Both the position numbers and the translations under genes were made by a program. A stretch of DNA of 63,702 nt, filler included. It is 7 parts of 7 records of this genome, joined end to end, with 100 filler letters (N's around TTAATTAATTAA, not from the genome) between each part and the next. Parts side by side here need not be neighbours in the genome. Positions count along the whole stretch, not along the records: positions 1 to 17,261 come from SRR20825010_6001; positions 17,362 to 24,120 come from SRR20825010_6007; 5 more parts are not named here. One strand, written 5' to 3'. Within the stretch, counting starts at the first letter, position 1. Each line of letters opens with the position of its first letter. The notes below the pieces were generated by a model that was given only the letters and a program-made list of their open reading frames with translations, did not search any database and was not told the origin of the DNA. This document shows positions 9,746 through 20,890 of the stretch, piece by piece.

Positions 9746-10621
9746 TCAAACTGCCCGCTTGAGCATCTCGAGGTAGCATTTGTTGAAGGCCTCAGGCGCC
9801 TCGTACTGAACCCAGTGCCCGATACCGTCCATCTGCACAATTTCGGCCTCCGGATCGGCCTCTCTTAAAGCCGCATTCCGGGGAGCCAGCATACCTTTGG
9901 CCGTAACATCTTCCGCTCCCCATATCGCGTTCCGTCTGGCGTTTATCAGCGGCAAATTCCGCAACACCGTATCGGACAGTGACAATGGCCGGGACCGGAA
10001 CCGTGCCCGCGCCGTGTTGGCGAGCTGAATGTCGATTGCCAGATCGTCCACGTTCCGGGGATCAGCAAACATCAGAACCTCAAGATTGTTCCGGGCAGTT
10101 GCCCGGCGCGTAGTCTCGTCCATTTCCGGCAGAATTCTGACCAGACCGTCCGTCGGACGCTCGCGCGGGCCAAAGCCGGCGGCACCGATCAAGGTGAAGC
10201 TGCGCACACGGCGCCCGTGATGGACTGCCGCCACGCTCCCCGGGACGGCACCAAAAGAAAAACATCCGAGATGAAAATCGGCTTCAGGCGGCAGAACCTG
10301 ATCCAGTCCCTTGGCCAGAATCGCGCCAATATGCTCCGCCGTTTTAGGCTCATCGGGCCTGTTACTGTCGCCAAGTCCAGGGAGATCCGGCGCAATCACC
10401 GTGAATTCACGCGACAGGGCCTGAATGTTCCGGCACCAGTGGTTCCAGGATCCGAAACCGCCATGCACCAGAACGACACAGGGCCCCTCGCCCCATTTGC
10501 GCCAGACCATACGGCCGTCACCGCATGGCGTTTCAAATATCTGAGCCTTCTCTTGAAGGGCTTCCAGAAAGTCACCGGTCAAAGGCTCAATGCTCGCCTT
10601 TGCAACATTTTTTTCAGTCAT
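9746..10621 (-). CDS. Alpha/beta-fold hydrolase
   Basis: HGGFG oxyanion motif, PDLPGLGDS, nucleophile elbow CFSFG and GHWVQYE. Confidence 0.9.
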   Translation of the reverse strand: MTEKNVAKASIEPLTGDFLEALQEKAQIFETPCGDGRMVWRKWGEGPCVVLVHGGFGSWNHWCRNIQALSREFTVIAPDLPGLGDSNRPDEPKTAEHIGAILAKGLDQVLPPEADFHLGCFSFGAVPGSVAAVHHGRRVRSFTLIGAAGFGPRERPTDGLVRILPEMDETTRRATARNNLEVLMFADPRNVDDLAIDIQLANTARARFRSRPLSLSDTVLRNLPLINARRNAIWGAEDVTAKGMLAPRNAALREADPEAEIVQMDGIGHWVQYEAPEAFNKCYLEMLKRAV

Positions 10622-10821
10622 GAGAATCGCGGAATTTCAATCGGAGGATAGGAAAGTCGACGATCATTAGCATACTCTCCCGCATATGGGACCGCCGTTA
10701 TGGGATGCGTTACATGATTAACAAATAGACTTTCATCAGCAGGGATTGCGCCACAAACCGATTGACAACAACCAAAAATACACCACGAATAGCGTCGTCA
10801 CGAAATATGTAAGCAGACCAC

Positions 10822-11772
10822 ATGCCCGAAAGCTTAGAGTCTTGGAAAGACCTGATCGGCTCCCGACAGGTGCAGAGCAAGACGTCTCAAATCTGGAGTC
10901 GTGTGCCAGAGAATCTGAAAGGCTGTGGCTGGCTGCTCATCGCTTCGCTGCTTTTTACGATTATGACAGCGGCGATAAAGGATGTCGGCCAAAGGATTCC
11001 CGTCTGGGAAATCCTTTTCGTCCGGCAGATCTGCGTGATTCTGATTCTGTCTCCACGCCTCGTTCAATCTTTCCCCGGCGCCTTCAAAACAAAACGGCTG
11101 TCACTTCACGGAGCGCGAATCTTTTGCTCCGTCTGCGCCATGGCTACAGGCTTCACGGCAGTGATTCACATGTCACTGGCCGATGCGACCGCGATCTCCT
11201 TCGCCCGCACGCTGTTCATCACGCTACTGGCCGCCTTTATCCTGAAGGAAGTCGTCGATCACAAACGCTGGGGTCCCACGATATTCGGATTCATTGGTGT
11301 CCTCATCGTCTTGCATCCCAGTTTTGACGGAATCGATTTTTACGCCTTCCTGGCGATCATCTCTGCAGTTTTCGTTTCCTTCATCATGATTCTGACCAGA
11401 GTGCTGACCAAAACGGAAAGCCCGGTGACAATCATGACCTACCAATCCTTCGGACTGGCCATCGCGTTCGCAATCCCGGCCTACCTCTACTGGGAAGTGC
11501 CGACGGTTATGGAGTTTGTCGCCATGCTGTTGACCGGCGTAGTGATGTCCATGGCCCAATACTCCAATATTCAGGCCTACAAACACGGCGAAGCGTCCGC
11601 CGTGCAGCCCATGGAATATAGCCGCCTTATATTCGCCGGCCTGATCGGAATCATGTTCTTCCAGGAATCTCTGGACCTCCTGACGATCACAGGATCATTG
11701 GTAATTTTCGCCGGAGCAGCATATTCCGTGAAGGAAATGAAGCGCGACCAGCGCAATACGACGGACGAATAG
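10822..11772 (+). CDS. DMT/EamA family transporter
   Basis: About 10 TM segments in two EamA repeats (FILKEVV..RW, GEASAVQPMEYSRL). Confidence 0.9.
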   Translation: MPESLESWKDLIGSRQVQSKTSQIWSRVPENLKGCGWLLIASLLFTIMTAAIKDVGQRIPVWEILFVRQICVILILSPRLVQSFPGAFKTKRLSLHGARIFCSVCAMATGFTAVIHMSLADATAISFARTLFITLLAAFILKEVVDHKRWGPTIFGFIGVLIVLHPSFDGIDFYAFLAIISAVFVSFIMILTRVLTKTESPVTIMTYQSFGLAIAFAIPAYLYWEVPTVMEFVAMLLTGVVMSMAQYSNIQAYKHGEASAVQPMEYSRLIFAGLIGIMFFQESLDLLTITGSLVIFAGAAYSVKEMKRDQRNTTDE

Positions 11773-11808
11773 GCCGCAAAACAGCATTCTAGGGCCTCGT
11801 CACGAGTG

Positions 11809-14800
11809 TCAGCGATGGGGCATTAAGCCACGTTCGTAAAGCCGCGCGATCAACTCCCGGAGCCGGTCCCAGTCGACAGGTTTCGTCTCGAAATCGGTGA
11901 GCCCCGCCTCAAGGTATCGCGTCCGGTGCTCAAGCATTGCATCGGCGGATAAACCGACAATTGCCGCCTCCCGGTTCGGACCGCGGCCGGAACGGATTTC
12001 ACGCGTTGCGTCCGGGCCGTCAAGTTCCGGCATTTGCATATCCATCAGAATAAGGTCGAACTCCGTGCTATCCGCCTTGTTCACCGCCACTCTGCCATCC
12101 GGAGCAATGTCCGCTTGATGTCCCCATTTTTGGAGCATCATCGCGATCAGGTCGGCATTGAGGGCGTTGTCTTCTGCGATCAGGATCCGCAGGCTTGGCG
12201 TGCTTTCCGGATCTACCTTATGAACGTGTTCCATGCCCTTATCTGGGCCCGTATCTGGCGCCCCATCGACGGGAACAGGGGCGCCTTCTATGAGCAGGGC
12301 ATCGAGCGCAAGGGAGAATGAGAATGTGCTCCCCTCACCCGGCGCCGACACCACCTCAATGCTTCCTCCCATGGATGTCAGAAGTCTCTGACAGATAGAG
12401 AGACCGAGGCCACTGCCGCCAAACTTCCGCGTGGTCGAGGTATCCACCTGGTCAAACCTGTTGAACAGCCGGGGCATCGCCTCTCCGGGAATGCCGATGC
12501 CAGTATCGGAGACTCGGCCCGAAACGATAACCTTGTCTCCGTCTAAAACAGCATCCAGCGAGAGGGAGACTTCGCCTTCAGCGGTAAATTTGATCGCGTT
12601 ACTGACCAAATTTGCGAGGACCTGCTTGAAACGCAAAGGATCGCCACGTACGGCCCGAATAGCGGCCTCCGGCATGCCATAAACAAGTCGCAGGCCCTTG
12701 TCCGAGGCACTCCCGCTGAACAAGGAGACAACCTCCTGTGCGGCATTCTCCAGGTCGAATTCTATGCTCTCCAGAGTGAGCTGGCCGGCTTCGATTTTCG
12801 ACAGGTCCAGAATGTCGTTCAAAAGGCTCAGCAATGTATCGGCACATTGCCCCAAGACATCCAGATAGCCCCGTTGCTGCGTATTGAGATCCTCCTCACG
12901 GAGCATCTGCACCATTCCCAGTAGCCCGGTCATTGGCGTTCGGATTTCGTGGCTCATCATCGCCAGGAATTGCGATTTAGCTTCATTCGCCGCTTCCGCG
13001 GCCCGACGTGCATTATCAAGATCCCCGGCCAGTATTTCGAGCGCATCATGCTGGTTTGATAAACGCTCATGCGCCTCCTCAAGCGCTGTCTCCCGGCGTT
13101 TCAGGTCGGAAATGTCCGTAAGAGTGATAACCGTACCGCCTTCCTTGGTTAGGCGTTCGGAGACAAGATAAACGCGTCCGTCCGGCCATACCTGCTGGAC
13201 GGGTTTAAAATGCGGATTGCGGTGCATTTTGAGGCGCTCTTTAACCCATTCCTCTCTGCCACCATAATTCGTCGGAATTTGATCGCACTCCGCCACGAGT
13301 TCGAGGAAAGTCTCAAACCGCAACCCGGGTACAATGCGATCCGCTATCGCTGGACGCAGATTGCGGTATGTCTCGTTGCACATCATCAGACAATCGCCGC
13401 TGTCGAAATATGCGAAAGCCTCATTGATCGACTCGATGGCGTCCACCAAACGCCGTTCGCTTTCCTGGATCTTGCTCTCGGCCTCCTTGATTTCCGTGAC
13501 ATCGACCATGACACCGGTGAAATCGACCCGGTCATCCAGAACACGCGTGACTTCCGACATATTCCGGATCCAGCGTATTCCACGCCGGGGCAATTCGTAG
13601 CGAGCCTCGAAGCGAACCTCATCGCCAGTCCGGAAAGAAGCCGCCAAGGCAGTCTTAACCGCTTCCTCATCTTCAGCGATCGGCAGAAATTTGGTGGAAA
13701 CGCTATTTGGGCTCACGTCTTCGAACCCGAAAATTTCCATCACCTTCGGACTGAGATAAGAAAAACGGGGAGCCCGGTCAGCACCGAGCGACCATTGACA
13801 AAGAACACCTGGAATAGTTCTCGCGATCTCGCTCAGCCGAGCCTCACTCCGGATGATGCGCTCTTGGTCGAGCTTTCTTCGCGTCACATCGACGATCGAG
13901 CCCACAATGCGGACGATTTTACCTTTATCATCCGCAATTGGTCGGCCACGCCAATGCACCCATTTCATCTGACCATCAGGAACGCGCATCCGGATCTCTA
14001 TATCCATTACCGCCCGGTGCGTCACACAGGCCCAGTACTGGCCCTTGAAATGACTTACATCCTCCTGGATTACCGATTCAAAGAGCGACTCTATGCCGGC
14101 AGGTTGCGATCCCGCGCCATCGGTCAGGATACTCAAGGCAAAATTGGACCAGTAGAAGATGTCGGCGGCCCGGTCATATTCCCAGACGCCGATTCCCCCT
14201 GCTGTTACCGCAAGCTCATACCGCTCCTTGGTTTGCTCCAGTTCCTGACTGGCAAGGCGCTGTTCCGTAACATCGCGGCGCATCGTGATATGCGCGCCGA
14301 CATCCGTCCGGAATTCCCGGGCAGCATACCAGCGCCCGCTCTTGTGACGCCTGTCCCCGAGTTCCCCCCGAACGACCCTGCGCGCTCTCAGGCGCTCTGC
14401 GATGTAAGCTTCCGGATCATTGAGGGCCAGAGGGTTATCGACGACACGATTCTGCAGGCTGATACGCAGCACCTCCTCAAAGGATTTCCCCTCAAGACAC
14501 TCGATCTCCTTAAGATAGGGGAACAAGTCGAAGTATTTCGGATTGGCATACACATAGCGATCATCAGGATCGTAAATACTGACCGCCTCATCGAGAGCGT
14601 CAATTGTCTGACGCAACAACTCATTTGTTCTATGAGTTTTTTCTATGTCCTCTTGACTTGTCGCATCCTGAAAAATGCCGATAACGGCAATGACATTCCC
14701 GCTTTGATCCAATTCCGGGAGACCACATGCTCGCACGTTACGGACCGCGCCATCCGGGCGCAGGATTCGCAAGGAAAACTCGAAAGGCTCTGCCGCCGCC

Positions 14801-15075
14801 ACACAGTTTTCGATTGCCCTGCTGACCTTTGGCCTGTCTTCAGGAAGATACGAATTCAGGGCTGCTTCCAGATCCGGGGCTCCCGATTCAGGTTCCAGCC
14901 CGTGCAACAGATAAACAAACTCTGACCAGAAGACAGTATTGCTTGTGAGATCCAGACGCCAGTATCCAAGCTTTGCCAACCGTTCTGCGATTTGCAGCAA
15001 CCGGGCACGGTTTTCAGCGTCTGGCGCTGCGGCATTACTGGTGCTTTTTGGCTCTATCAGCTTAGATCCGGTCAT
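11809..15075 (-). CDS. Cytoplasmic multi-PAS hybrid sensor histidine kinase / response regulator
   Basis: Several PAS/PAC repeats, H-box FLAMMSHEIRTPM, NLVSNAIKFT, DTGIG, GGSGLGL, and a receiver domain with LILMDMQMP. Confidence 0.95.
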   Translation of the reverse strand: MTGSKLIEPKSTSNAAAPDAENRARLLQIAERLAKLGYWRLDLTSNTVFWSEFVYLLHGLEPESGAPDLEAALNSYLPEDRPKVSRAIENCVAAAEPFEFSLRILRPDGAVRNVRACGLPELDQSGNVIAVIGIFQDATSQEDIEKTHRTNELLRQTIDALDEAVSIYDPDDRYVYANPKYFDLFPYLKEIECLEGKSFEEVLRISLQNRVVDNPLALNDPEAYIAERLRARRVVRGELGDRRHKSGRWYAAREFRTDVGAHITMRRDVTEQRLASQELEQTKERYELAVTAGGIGVWEYDRAADIFYWSNFALSILTDGAGSQPAGIESLFESVIQEDVSHFKGQYWACVTHRAVMDIEIRMRVPDGQMKWVHWRGRPIADDKGKIVRIVGSIVDVTRRKLDQERIIRSEARLSEIARTIPGVLCQWSLGADRAPRFSYLSPKVMEIFGFEDVSPNSVSTKFLPIAEDEEAVKTALAASFRTGDEVRFEARYELPRRGIRWIRNMSEVTRVLDDRVDFTGVMVDVTEIKEAESKIQESERRLVDAIESINEAFAYFDSGDCLMMCNETYRNLRPAIADRIVPGLRFETFLELVAECDQIPTNYGGREEWVKERLKMHRNPHFKPVQQVWPDGRVYLVSERLTKEGGTVITLTDISDLKRRETALEEAHERLSNQHDALEILAGDLDNARRAAEAANEAKSQFLAMMSHEIRTPMTGLLGMVQMLREEDLNTQQRGYLDVLGQCADTLLSLLNDILDLSKIEAGQLTLESIEFDLENAAQEVVSLFSGSASDKGLRLVYGMPEAAIRAVRGDPLRFKQVLANLVSNAIKFTAEGEVSLSLDAVLDGDKVIVSGRVSDTGIGIPGEAMPRLFNRFDQVDTSTTRKFGGSGLGLSICQRLLTSMGGSIEVVSAPGEGSTFSFSLALDALLIEGAPVPVDGAPDTGPDKGMEHVHKVDPESTPSLRILIAEDNALNADLIAMMLQKWGHQADIAPDGRVAVNKADSTEFDLILMDMQMPELDGPDATREIRSGRGPNREAAIVGLSADAMLEHRTRYLEAGLTDFETKPVDWDRLRELIARLYERGLMPHR

Positions 15076-15176
15076 CTCAAAGAAATTCCTCAGCCGCAGA
15101 GGACCGACATTACCACTTACCGTTGCGGGCAGCCTTCATTTTGAGGGATTTTATCCTTGGACGGGGGTGCTTCCCT

Positions 15177-16226
15177 TTATTTTACCGCACCCACCTTCTG
15201 CTCAATATCCTTGATGCGTTGCAAACCGGGCTTGATCTCTGAGTTAATGAACTCGAGCCGCTTCACCGGCCCGCCGCCATGATTGGGGAACCGGGCTTCG
15301 TAGAGATTCATCTTTACGGCAAGACCGCACAGAACGGCACCGATGCTGACATGGTGCGCGGTAACCAGTTCCTGAAAAGACTGGAACGAATCAGCGCTAA
15401 TATTGTCCCAGAAATCGTGGGATCGGTGATTGAAATATTCAAACCTGCCCACGAGAGACGTCGAAATTTCGTTCAGGTCCGACTCGATCTCCTTGAGAAT
15501 CTTGAGCTGATTCCGATCATTCTGGATCTGGTAATTGGTGTACAGCTCTTCCATCCAGGAGATAAAGGTCGGGATTTGCTGCATGATTTTGTCGAGGCAA
15601 TTCCGGAAATACGACAGCGAGAGGAAAATATCACCATACCGCTCAAGGAATTTAGGGACCTCGGTCAGTTCTGTATTCAATTCTTCGGCAAGGCGTTTCA
15701 GCTTTGCCACAGCCTCGTTCCGGTTCGGCGATGACACCATCTTGATGATCTCGCCGACATCATTGATCTCTTCTGATTGATCTCCGCCATAAACACGCTG
15801 GATCAATGGCCGTGTGAAGGCGCGCATATATTCCGTCAATTCAGCACGCTTGGCTTCGGAGAGCTGCAGTGCCGAAAAATCCTCGAAACCGATATCCAGG
15901 TTGCGCAATTCGAGACGCAATGAATAGACGTCGAACGATTCCAGTGAAGAGAGTTTTTCCAGAATGATGAGGTCGTGAGACAACGCCCCCCCAACATCCT
16001 GAAAATATCCGTGCAGTTCCTTTGCCTCAACCTGACCGCTTCCCGAGACGCCGTCACGAAACAGCTCAATGGCGCTTTCCAACCGCGCATTCTTGATCAT
16101 GAAGGCTTTTTTTAGACCGGGCGTCTGCAAAGGGATGATCGAGAGCGGCAAGGTATGCAGCGAGTCGAGAGCATCCTCGTCGACCACAGCCTTGTTCGAC
16201 TTCTTGTCCTGCAAATCGACACTCAT
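15177..16226 (-). CDS. Hypothetical protein (349 aa, mostly helical)
   Basis: Long ORF with normal codon usage upstream of the kinase on the same strand; no motif recognised. Confidence 0.85.
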   Translation of the reverse strand: MSVDLQDKKSNKAVVDEDALDSLHTLPLSIIPLQTPGLKKAFMIKNARLESAIELFRDGVSGSGQVEAKELHGYFQDVGGALSHDLIILEKLSSLESFDVYSLRLELRNLDIGFEDFSALQLSEAKRAELTEYMRAFTRPLIQRVYGGDQSEEINDVGEIIKMVSSPNRNEAVAKLKRLAEELNTELTEVPKFLERYGDIFLSLSYFRNCLDKIMQQIPTFISWMEELYTNYQIQNDRNQLKILKEIESDLNEISTSLVGRFEYFNHRSHDFWDNISADSFQSFQELVTAHHVSIGAVLCGLAVKMNLYEARFPNHGGGPVKRLEFINSEIKPGLQRIKDIEQKVGAVK

Positions 16227-16712
16227 GAATTAAGCGCTCTTTCTAACCGGGGGCACGCGACCTTATCCATCATTCGGTTTAAGAATTGATAAACACAGCC
16301 GCATCAAGTTCGACGGAATCAATGCTGCATGAGGGCTCGCAGCTGATTGATAAGGACGATACATCCTTTCCAGATCGGCTTTCAGATCTAAAAGCCACAA
16401 TTAAATATGGGACCTAAATCCATTTCATGCAAATCGGCTGGAGCCATCGTTTAAATTACAAATTTCAGGAAAAATTAGCGCGCATATCGACATAATAAAA
16501 TATGCAAATAAGAACAAAATAAAAACATAAAAAGCTCATAAAGAGCACATTCCGCCAGCCCTCTGTTTTTATCTCAATTTTCCTATCTGGTGATTCACGA
16601 GCGATTCACGTTTTGCTGCCTAAAATCCATACAGACGTAATTTGGAACGCCGTGTGGCGGCAACGCCTGGCGGAATTTAAACGATGGCCACAGCTTGGCT
16701 TGGAGTCATTAG

Positions 16713-17111
16713 ATGCTCGAAAGTTTAGAATTAAACAGTCGGGACCCGCGCGGACGCGAGCTTTATGTGCGCCATCATCAGGTATACTCATTGCTCGAAC
16801 TGAACGTCAGGCTGCATCAATTGAAAGCCGGTGACGGTGACATCTCCGAGCTTGATCGCGCCATCCAGGATGTCTCCGTTTTGATATCCGAACTCGTCAC
16901 GCGTTTTGAAGAAGCTGCGGCTCCGAACCATAAAGTCTCGGAATATTCCGAGACTCAAATTTCCATGCTGCAGCGGGCAACGCAGGCACTGGATAATCTT
17001 TGTTCGGAAAAAGTTTCTGTGACGAGTCTCGTGGATGCCGCGCGAGCCGTGGTAGCCGCAGGCTCACAGCCCCGTTTTTCCAAGCCGCGCCTGATCGTCT
17101 CAAACCCATAA
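16713..17111 (+). CDS. Hypothetical protein (132 aa)
   Basis: GGAG RBS upstream of the ATG; amphipathic helical composition. Confidence 0.65.
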   Translation: MLESLELNSRDPRGRELYVRHHQVYSLLELNVRLHQLKAGDGDISELDRAIQDVSVLISELVTRFEEAAAPNHKVSEYSETQISMLQRATQALDNLCSEKVSVTSLVDAARAVVAAGSQPRFSKPRLIVSNP

Positions 17112-17224
17112 AAATACGGGAATAGGCATTTCCGGAAGTGAGTCCGGTCAGAAACTTGCCTTACCGAACGGCGATCCCGTTGACCATCGGGTCGAAACGC
17201 GATATTCCGCTGCGCACTTTGATA

Positions 17225-17261
17225 GCCGGTTTAGCTCAGTTGGTAGAGCATCTGATTTGTA
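17225..17261 (+). tRNA. tRNA-Thr(UGU), 5' half, truncated at contig end
   Basis: GCCGGTT acceptor strand, TAGCTCAGTTGGTAGAGC D-arm, then TCTGA-TT-TGT-A anticodon arm cut by the N spacer. Confidence 0.88.
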
Positions 17262-17361
17262 NNNNNNNNNNNNNNNNNNNNNNNNNNNNNNNNNNNNNNN
17301 NNNNNTTAATTAATTAANNNNNNNNNNNNNNNNNNNNNNNNNNNNNNNNNNNNNNNNNNNN
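17262..17361. other. Artificial contig-joining spacer
   Basis: N-run + TTAATTAATTAA (stops in all frames) + N-run, 100 nt. Confidence 0.99.
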
Positions 17362-17820
17362 CGCATATAGAGCAAGCGGTTCGGCACCCGACCAATTCTC
17401 GGCGTCGGGGCGGATATTGCGGCGCAGGGCAGCTGCCAGCGTTTCCACGTCGCCGGCGTCAATCGCTTCGCCATAGGCGGCGGCGCGGCCATAAAACATG
17501 CGTGCCAGTTTTTTGATCCGCTTGGGGACCCCCAAATCTCCGATCCCCAGTTCGCGAATCGCGTGCTCCACGTCCGCGAAAAAAACGTCCGTGACCTCCT
17601 GCGCAACATCCCGAACAGCCGCCCCCTCCTCGTTTCGTACCCGGCGCAGAAACAGAATCATATGAAGCGCGATCATCTCGAAGCGGCCGAGCGGCGTGTC
17701 GGGCACCTCCCAGCGTGCATAAAAGACTGGCTGCCGCGAGGCCGCCACGATTCGTTCATACAAGCCGTCGATGACCGTACGGCGCGAACGCTGCCCAAAG
17801 CCAAACAGCTTCTGGAACAT
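17362..17820 (-). CDS. Ubiquinol-cytochrome c chaperone (Cbp3 family), 3' truncated
   Basis: VPDTPLGRFEMIALH and ELGIGDLGVPKRIKKLARMFYGR; divergent from bamE as is typical in alphaproteobacteria. Confidence 0.9.
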
Positions 17821-17945
17821 GAGAAATGCCCTCCCTCGGGGCTGGTTTGGGACAGGATCAGGTTGCATCGGCGCTTAAGCTGGTTTACCCGTTTTGCCGG
17901 CGGGGACAAGGGCTTTCACTCGAAAGCCTTCGCGCCGGGGACGCT

Positions 17946-18464
17946 ATGGAGATGTCGTTGCAGGTGAAGAAAATCAACATTTATCCTGTCGGACGCACAA
18001 TTTTGGCCGCCGGTCTTGCCGGCGCTGCGGCTGCATTGTCCGGCTGCAATGTCGCCAACACGCTGGATGCGCGCGAAACCCTTACGCAGGGTTATGTCAT
18101 CGACGAGCAGGCGTTGGAGCTGGTTCCCGTCGGCTCCAGCCGCGAGCAGGTGCTTCTCGCGCTCGGTTCGCCGTCCACAACGGCAACCTTCGACGATGAA
18201 GCCTTCTACTACATTTCGCAGAAACGGGTGCGTGGGGCAGCTTTCATGCGTCCGCGCCTTGTCGAGCAGCAGGTTCTCGCTGTTTATTTCGGTGACGATG
18301 AGCGCGTCTCGAAGATCGCCCATTACGGGATGGAAGACGGCAAGGTGTTCGATTTCATTTCACGCACCACGCCGACTGGCGGCAAGGAACAGACCTTTAT
18401 CGGCCAGATTCTTGCCGGCGCCTCGAAGGGCGGCCCTCCGTCAGGCCTCTTCGGCGGCGGCTGA
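17946..18464 (+). CDS. bamE: Outer membrane protein assembly factor BamE (SmpA/OmlA lipoprotein)
   Basis: Lipobox LSGC, QGY, GSSREQVLLALGSPS, YYISQ and RTTPTGG. Confidence 0.92.
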   Translation: MEMSLQVKKINIYPVGRTILAAGLAGAAAALSGCNVANTLDARETLTQGYVIDEQALELVPVGSSREQVLLALGSPSTTATFDDEAFYYISQKRVRGAAFMRPRLVEQQVLAVYFGDDERVSKIAHYGMEDGKVFDFISRTTPTGGKEQTFIGQILAGASKGGPPSGLFGGG

Positions 18465-18489
18465 CCGATCGCCAATCTCAGGCAACAAC

Positions 18490-18521
18490 AAAAACCCGCG
18501 AGCGACGCTCGCGGGTTTTTT
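18490..18521. terminator. Bidirectional intrinsic terminator between bamE and hppA
   Basis: AAAAACCCGCGAGCG-AC-GCTCGCGGGTTTTTT hairpin with A and T tails. Confidence 0.9.
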
Positions 18522-18552
18522 CTTTGTCACGAATGCAGGTCTTGCCTGCCTG

Positions 18553-20685
18553 TCAGTGAGCCAGAACGGCCAAAAGCAACAGTGCGATGATGTTGGTGAT
18601 TTTGATCATCGGGTTCACTGCCGGTCCGGCCGTGTCCTTGTAAGGGTCACCCACGGTATCGCCCGTCACCGACGCCTTGTGGGCCTCCGAACCCTTTTCG
18701 TGCTTGATGCCGTCGGCATCCACGAAACCGTCCTCGAAGGATTTCTTGGCATTGTCCCAGGCGCCGCCGCCGGCGGTCATCGAGATTGCCACGAACAGCC
18801 CCGTCACGATGACGCCAAGAAGCATCGCGCCAAGTGCCGAGAAGGCCTCGCTCTTGCCGGCGATGGCATAGACAACCGCGAACGCAACGAGCGGCGAGAG
18901 CACCGGCAGGAGCGAAGGAACTATCATTTCCTTGATCGCGGCCTTTGTCAGAAGGTCGACCGCCGCACCGTAATCCGGCTTTTCCTTGCCCTCCATGATG
19001 CCCGGCTTCTCGCGGAACTGCCGGCGCACCTCCTGTACGATGGCACCGCCCGCGCGGCCAACCGCCGTCATGGAGAGCCCGCCGAACAGATACGGCAGCA
19101 GCCCGCCAAAGAGAAGGCCGACCACCACATAGGGGTTGGAGAGCGAGAAATCCACGCTTACGCCCTCAAAGAAAGTACCCGGCTCCGCATTCGCGGCAAA
19201 GTATTTCAGGTCTTCCGTGTAGGCAGCAAAGAGCACCAGCGCGCCGAGACCGGCAGACCCGATGGCATAGCCCTTGGTCACTGCCTTGGTGGTGTTGCCG
19301 ACCGCATCGAGCGCGTCGGTGGTCTGGCGCACCTCTGCCGGCAGATCTGACATTTCGGCGATGCCGCCGGCATTGTCCGTCACCGGACCGAACGCATCGA
19401 GCGCCACCACCATGCCTGCCAGTGCCAGCATGGTCGTCACCGCGATCGCGATGCCGAACAGCCCCGCCAGATTGAACGACAGGATGATGCCGGCGATGAT
19501 CACGATGGCTGGAAGTGCTGTGGCCTCAAGCGAAACCGCCAGTCCCTGGATGACATTGGTGCCGTGTCCGGTCACCGAAGCCTGGCTGATGGAACGCACC
19601 GGCCGGTAGCCGACACCGGTATAATATTCGGTAATCCAGATGATGAGGCCTGTAACGCCCAGCCCCACAACGCCGCACCAGAAAAGGGACGTACCCGTGA
19701 AGGTGCTTCCATTGCTGGCCGAGAAGGACGTGGAACCGCCCAGCCACCCCCAGACAATGCCACCGAGCGCGACGACCGAGAGCGCGGCGGTGGCCCAGAA
19801 GCCTTTATAGAGCGCGCCCATGATCGAGTTGTTGGAGCCAAGCTTGACGAAGAATGTGCCGATGATCGAAGTCACCACACAGGCACCACCGATAACCAGC
19901 GGGAAAAGCATGAGTGTCAGTGCCACCTCGCCGGTGAAGAAGATCGAGGCGAGCACCATGGTGGCCACAACCGTCACCACATAGGTCTCGAACAGGTCGG
20001 CAGCCATGCCTGCACAGTCGCCGACATTGTCGCCCACATTGTCGGCAATCGTGGCCGGGTTGCGCGGATCATCCTCGGGGATGCCAGCCTCCACCTTGCC
20101 CACCAGATCGCCGCCGACATCCGCACCCTTGGTGAAAATGCCGCCGCCGAGGCGCGCGAAGATGGAGATGAGCGAGGCGCCGAAACCGAGCGCCACCAGT
20201 GCGTCGATGACAATACGGTCCGTCGGCGCATGGCCAAGCGGCCCAGTGAGAACCCAGAAATAGACTGATACGCCCAACAGCGCGAGCCCCGCCACCAGAA
20301 GCCCGGTGATCGCACCGGACTTGAATGCGATGTCCAGACCGGCAGCCAGACTGTTGGAGGCTGCCTGCGCCGTGCGTACATTGGCACGCACCGAAACGTG
20401 CATGCCAATGAAACCTGCGGAGGCTGAAAGCACCGCACCGATGAGGAAGCCGATGGCCGCCACGCCGGTGAGAAGCCACCACGCGAGAATGAAAACCACA
20501 ACGCCGACAATGGCGACCGTGGTGTACTGCCTTGTCAAATAGGCCTGCGCGCCCTCCCGGATTGCGCCGGCGATTTCCTGCATGCGTGCATTGCCCTGAT
20601 CGGCGGCCAGCACCGATCGGGTTGCCCAGATGGCATAGAGTATGGAAAGCACACCGCAGGCGATGACCACGTAAAGCATGTTCAT
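18553..20685 (-). CDS. hppA: Membrane-bound H+-translocating pyrophosphatase, K+-independent type
   Basis: [35 protein letters not shown] and [16 protein letters not shown] (Lys) marks the K+-independent subfamily. Confidence 0.96.
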   Translation of the reverse strand: MNMLYVVIACGVLSILYAIWATRSVLAADQGNARMQEIAGAIREGAQAYLTRQYTTVAIVGVVVFILAWWLLTGVAAIGFLIGAVLSASAGFIGMHVSVRANVRTAQAASNSLAAGLDIAFKSGAITGLLVAGLALLGVSVYFWVLTGPLGHAPTDRIVIDALVALGFGASLISIFARLGGGIFTKGADVGGDLVGKVEAGIPEDDPRNPATIADNVGDNVGDCAGMAADLFETYVVTVVATMVLASIFFTGEVALTLMLFPLVIGGACVVTSIIGTFFVKLGSNNSIMGALYKGFWATAALSVVALGGIVWGWLGGSTSFSASNGSTFTGTSLFWCGVVGLGVTGLIIWITEYYTGVGYRPVRSISQASVTGHGTNVIQGLAVSLEATALPAIVIIAGIILSFNLAGLFGIAIAVTTMLALAGMVVALDAFGPVTDNAGGIAEMSDLPAEVRQTTDALDAVGNTTKAVTKGYAIGSAGLGALVLFAAYTEDLKYFAANAEPGTFFEGVSVDFSLSNPYVVVGLLFGGLLPYLFGGLSMTAVGRAGGAIVQEVRRQFREKPGIMEGKEKPDYGAAVDLLTKAAIKEMIVPSLLPVLSPLVAFAVVYAIAGKSEAFSALGAMLLGVIVTGLFVAISMTAGGGAWDNAKKSFEDGFVDADGIKHEKGSEAHKASVTGDTVGDPYKDTAGPAVNPMIKITNIIALLLLAVLAH

Positions 20686-20890
20686 TGCCAATCTATCCCT
20701 TGATTTCGACCCTCGGCTGGAACCCCCTCCCGGGTCACGCTGAAAAGGCCGGCGGCATTTGCGCCCCTCCCGGCCCAATGCGCGCAGCTTGGGCGAAGGC
20801 GCGCGGACACGTCAAGCTAGTGCTGGGATAATTTGTCGCAGAAGTCTCCGGAATGCGCCTGAAGGCCTTGTGCCGTCTGGCGTTGCGGGA

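Noticed and set aside
13210-14925. 571-aa plus-strand ORF
   Set aside because: It is an antisense shadow of the histidine kinase with no recognisable motifs, which is common in GC-rich coding DNA.
17225-17261. Truncated tRNA as an integration att site
   Set aside because: It is the 5' half cut by the contig end. att duplications normally involve the 3' end, and no integrase is visible.
17306-17317. Recurrent TTAATTAATTAA motif (six copies) as a biological repeat
   Set aside because: It is always embedded in N-runs of fixed length, so it is an artificial all-frame-stop linker.
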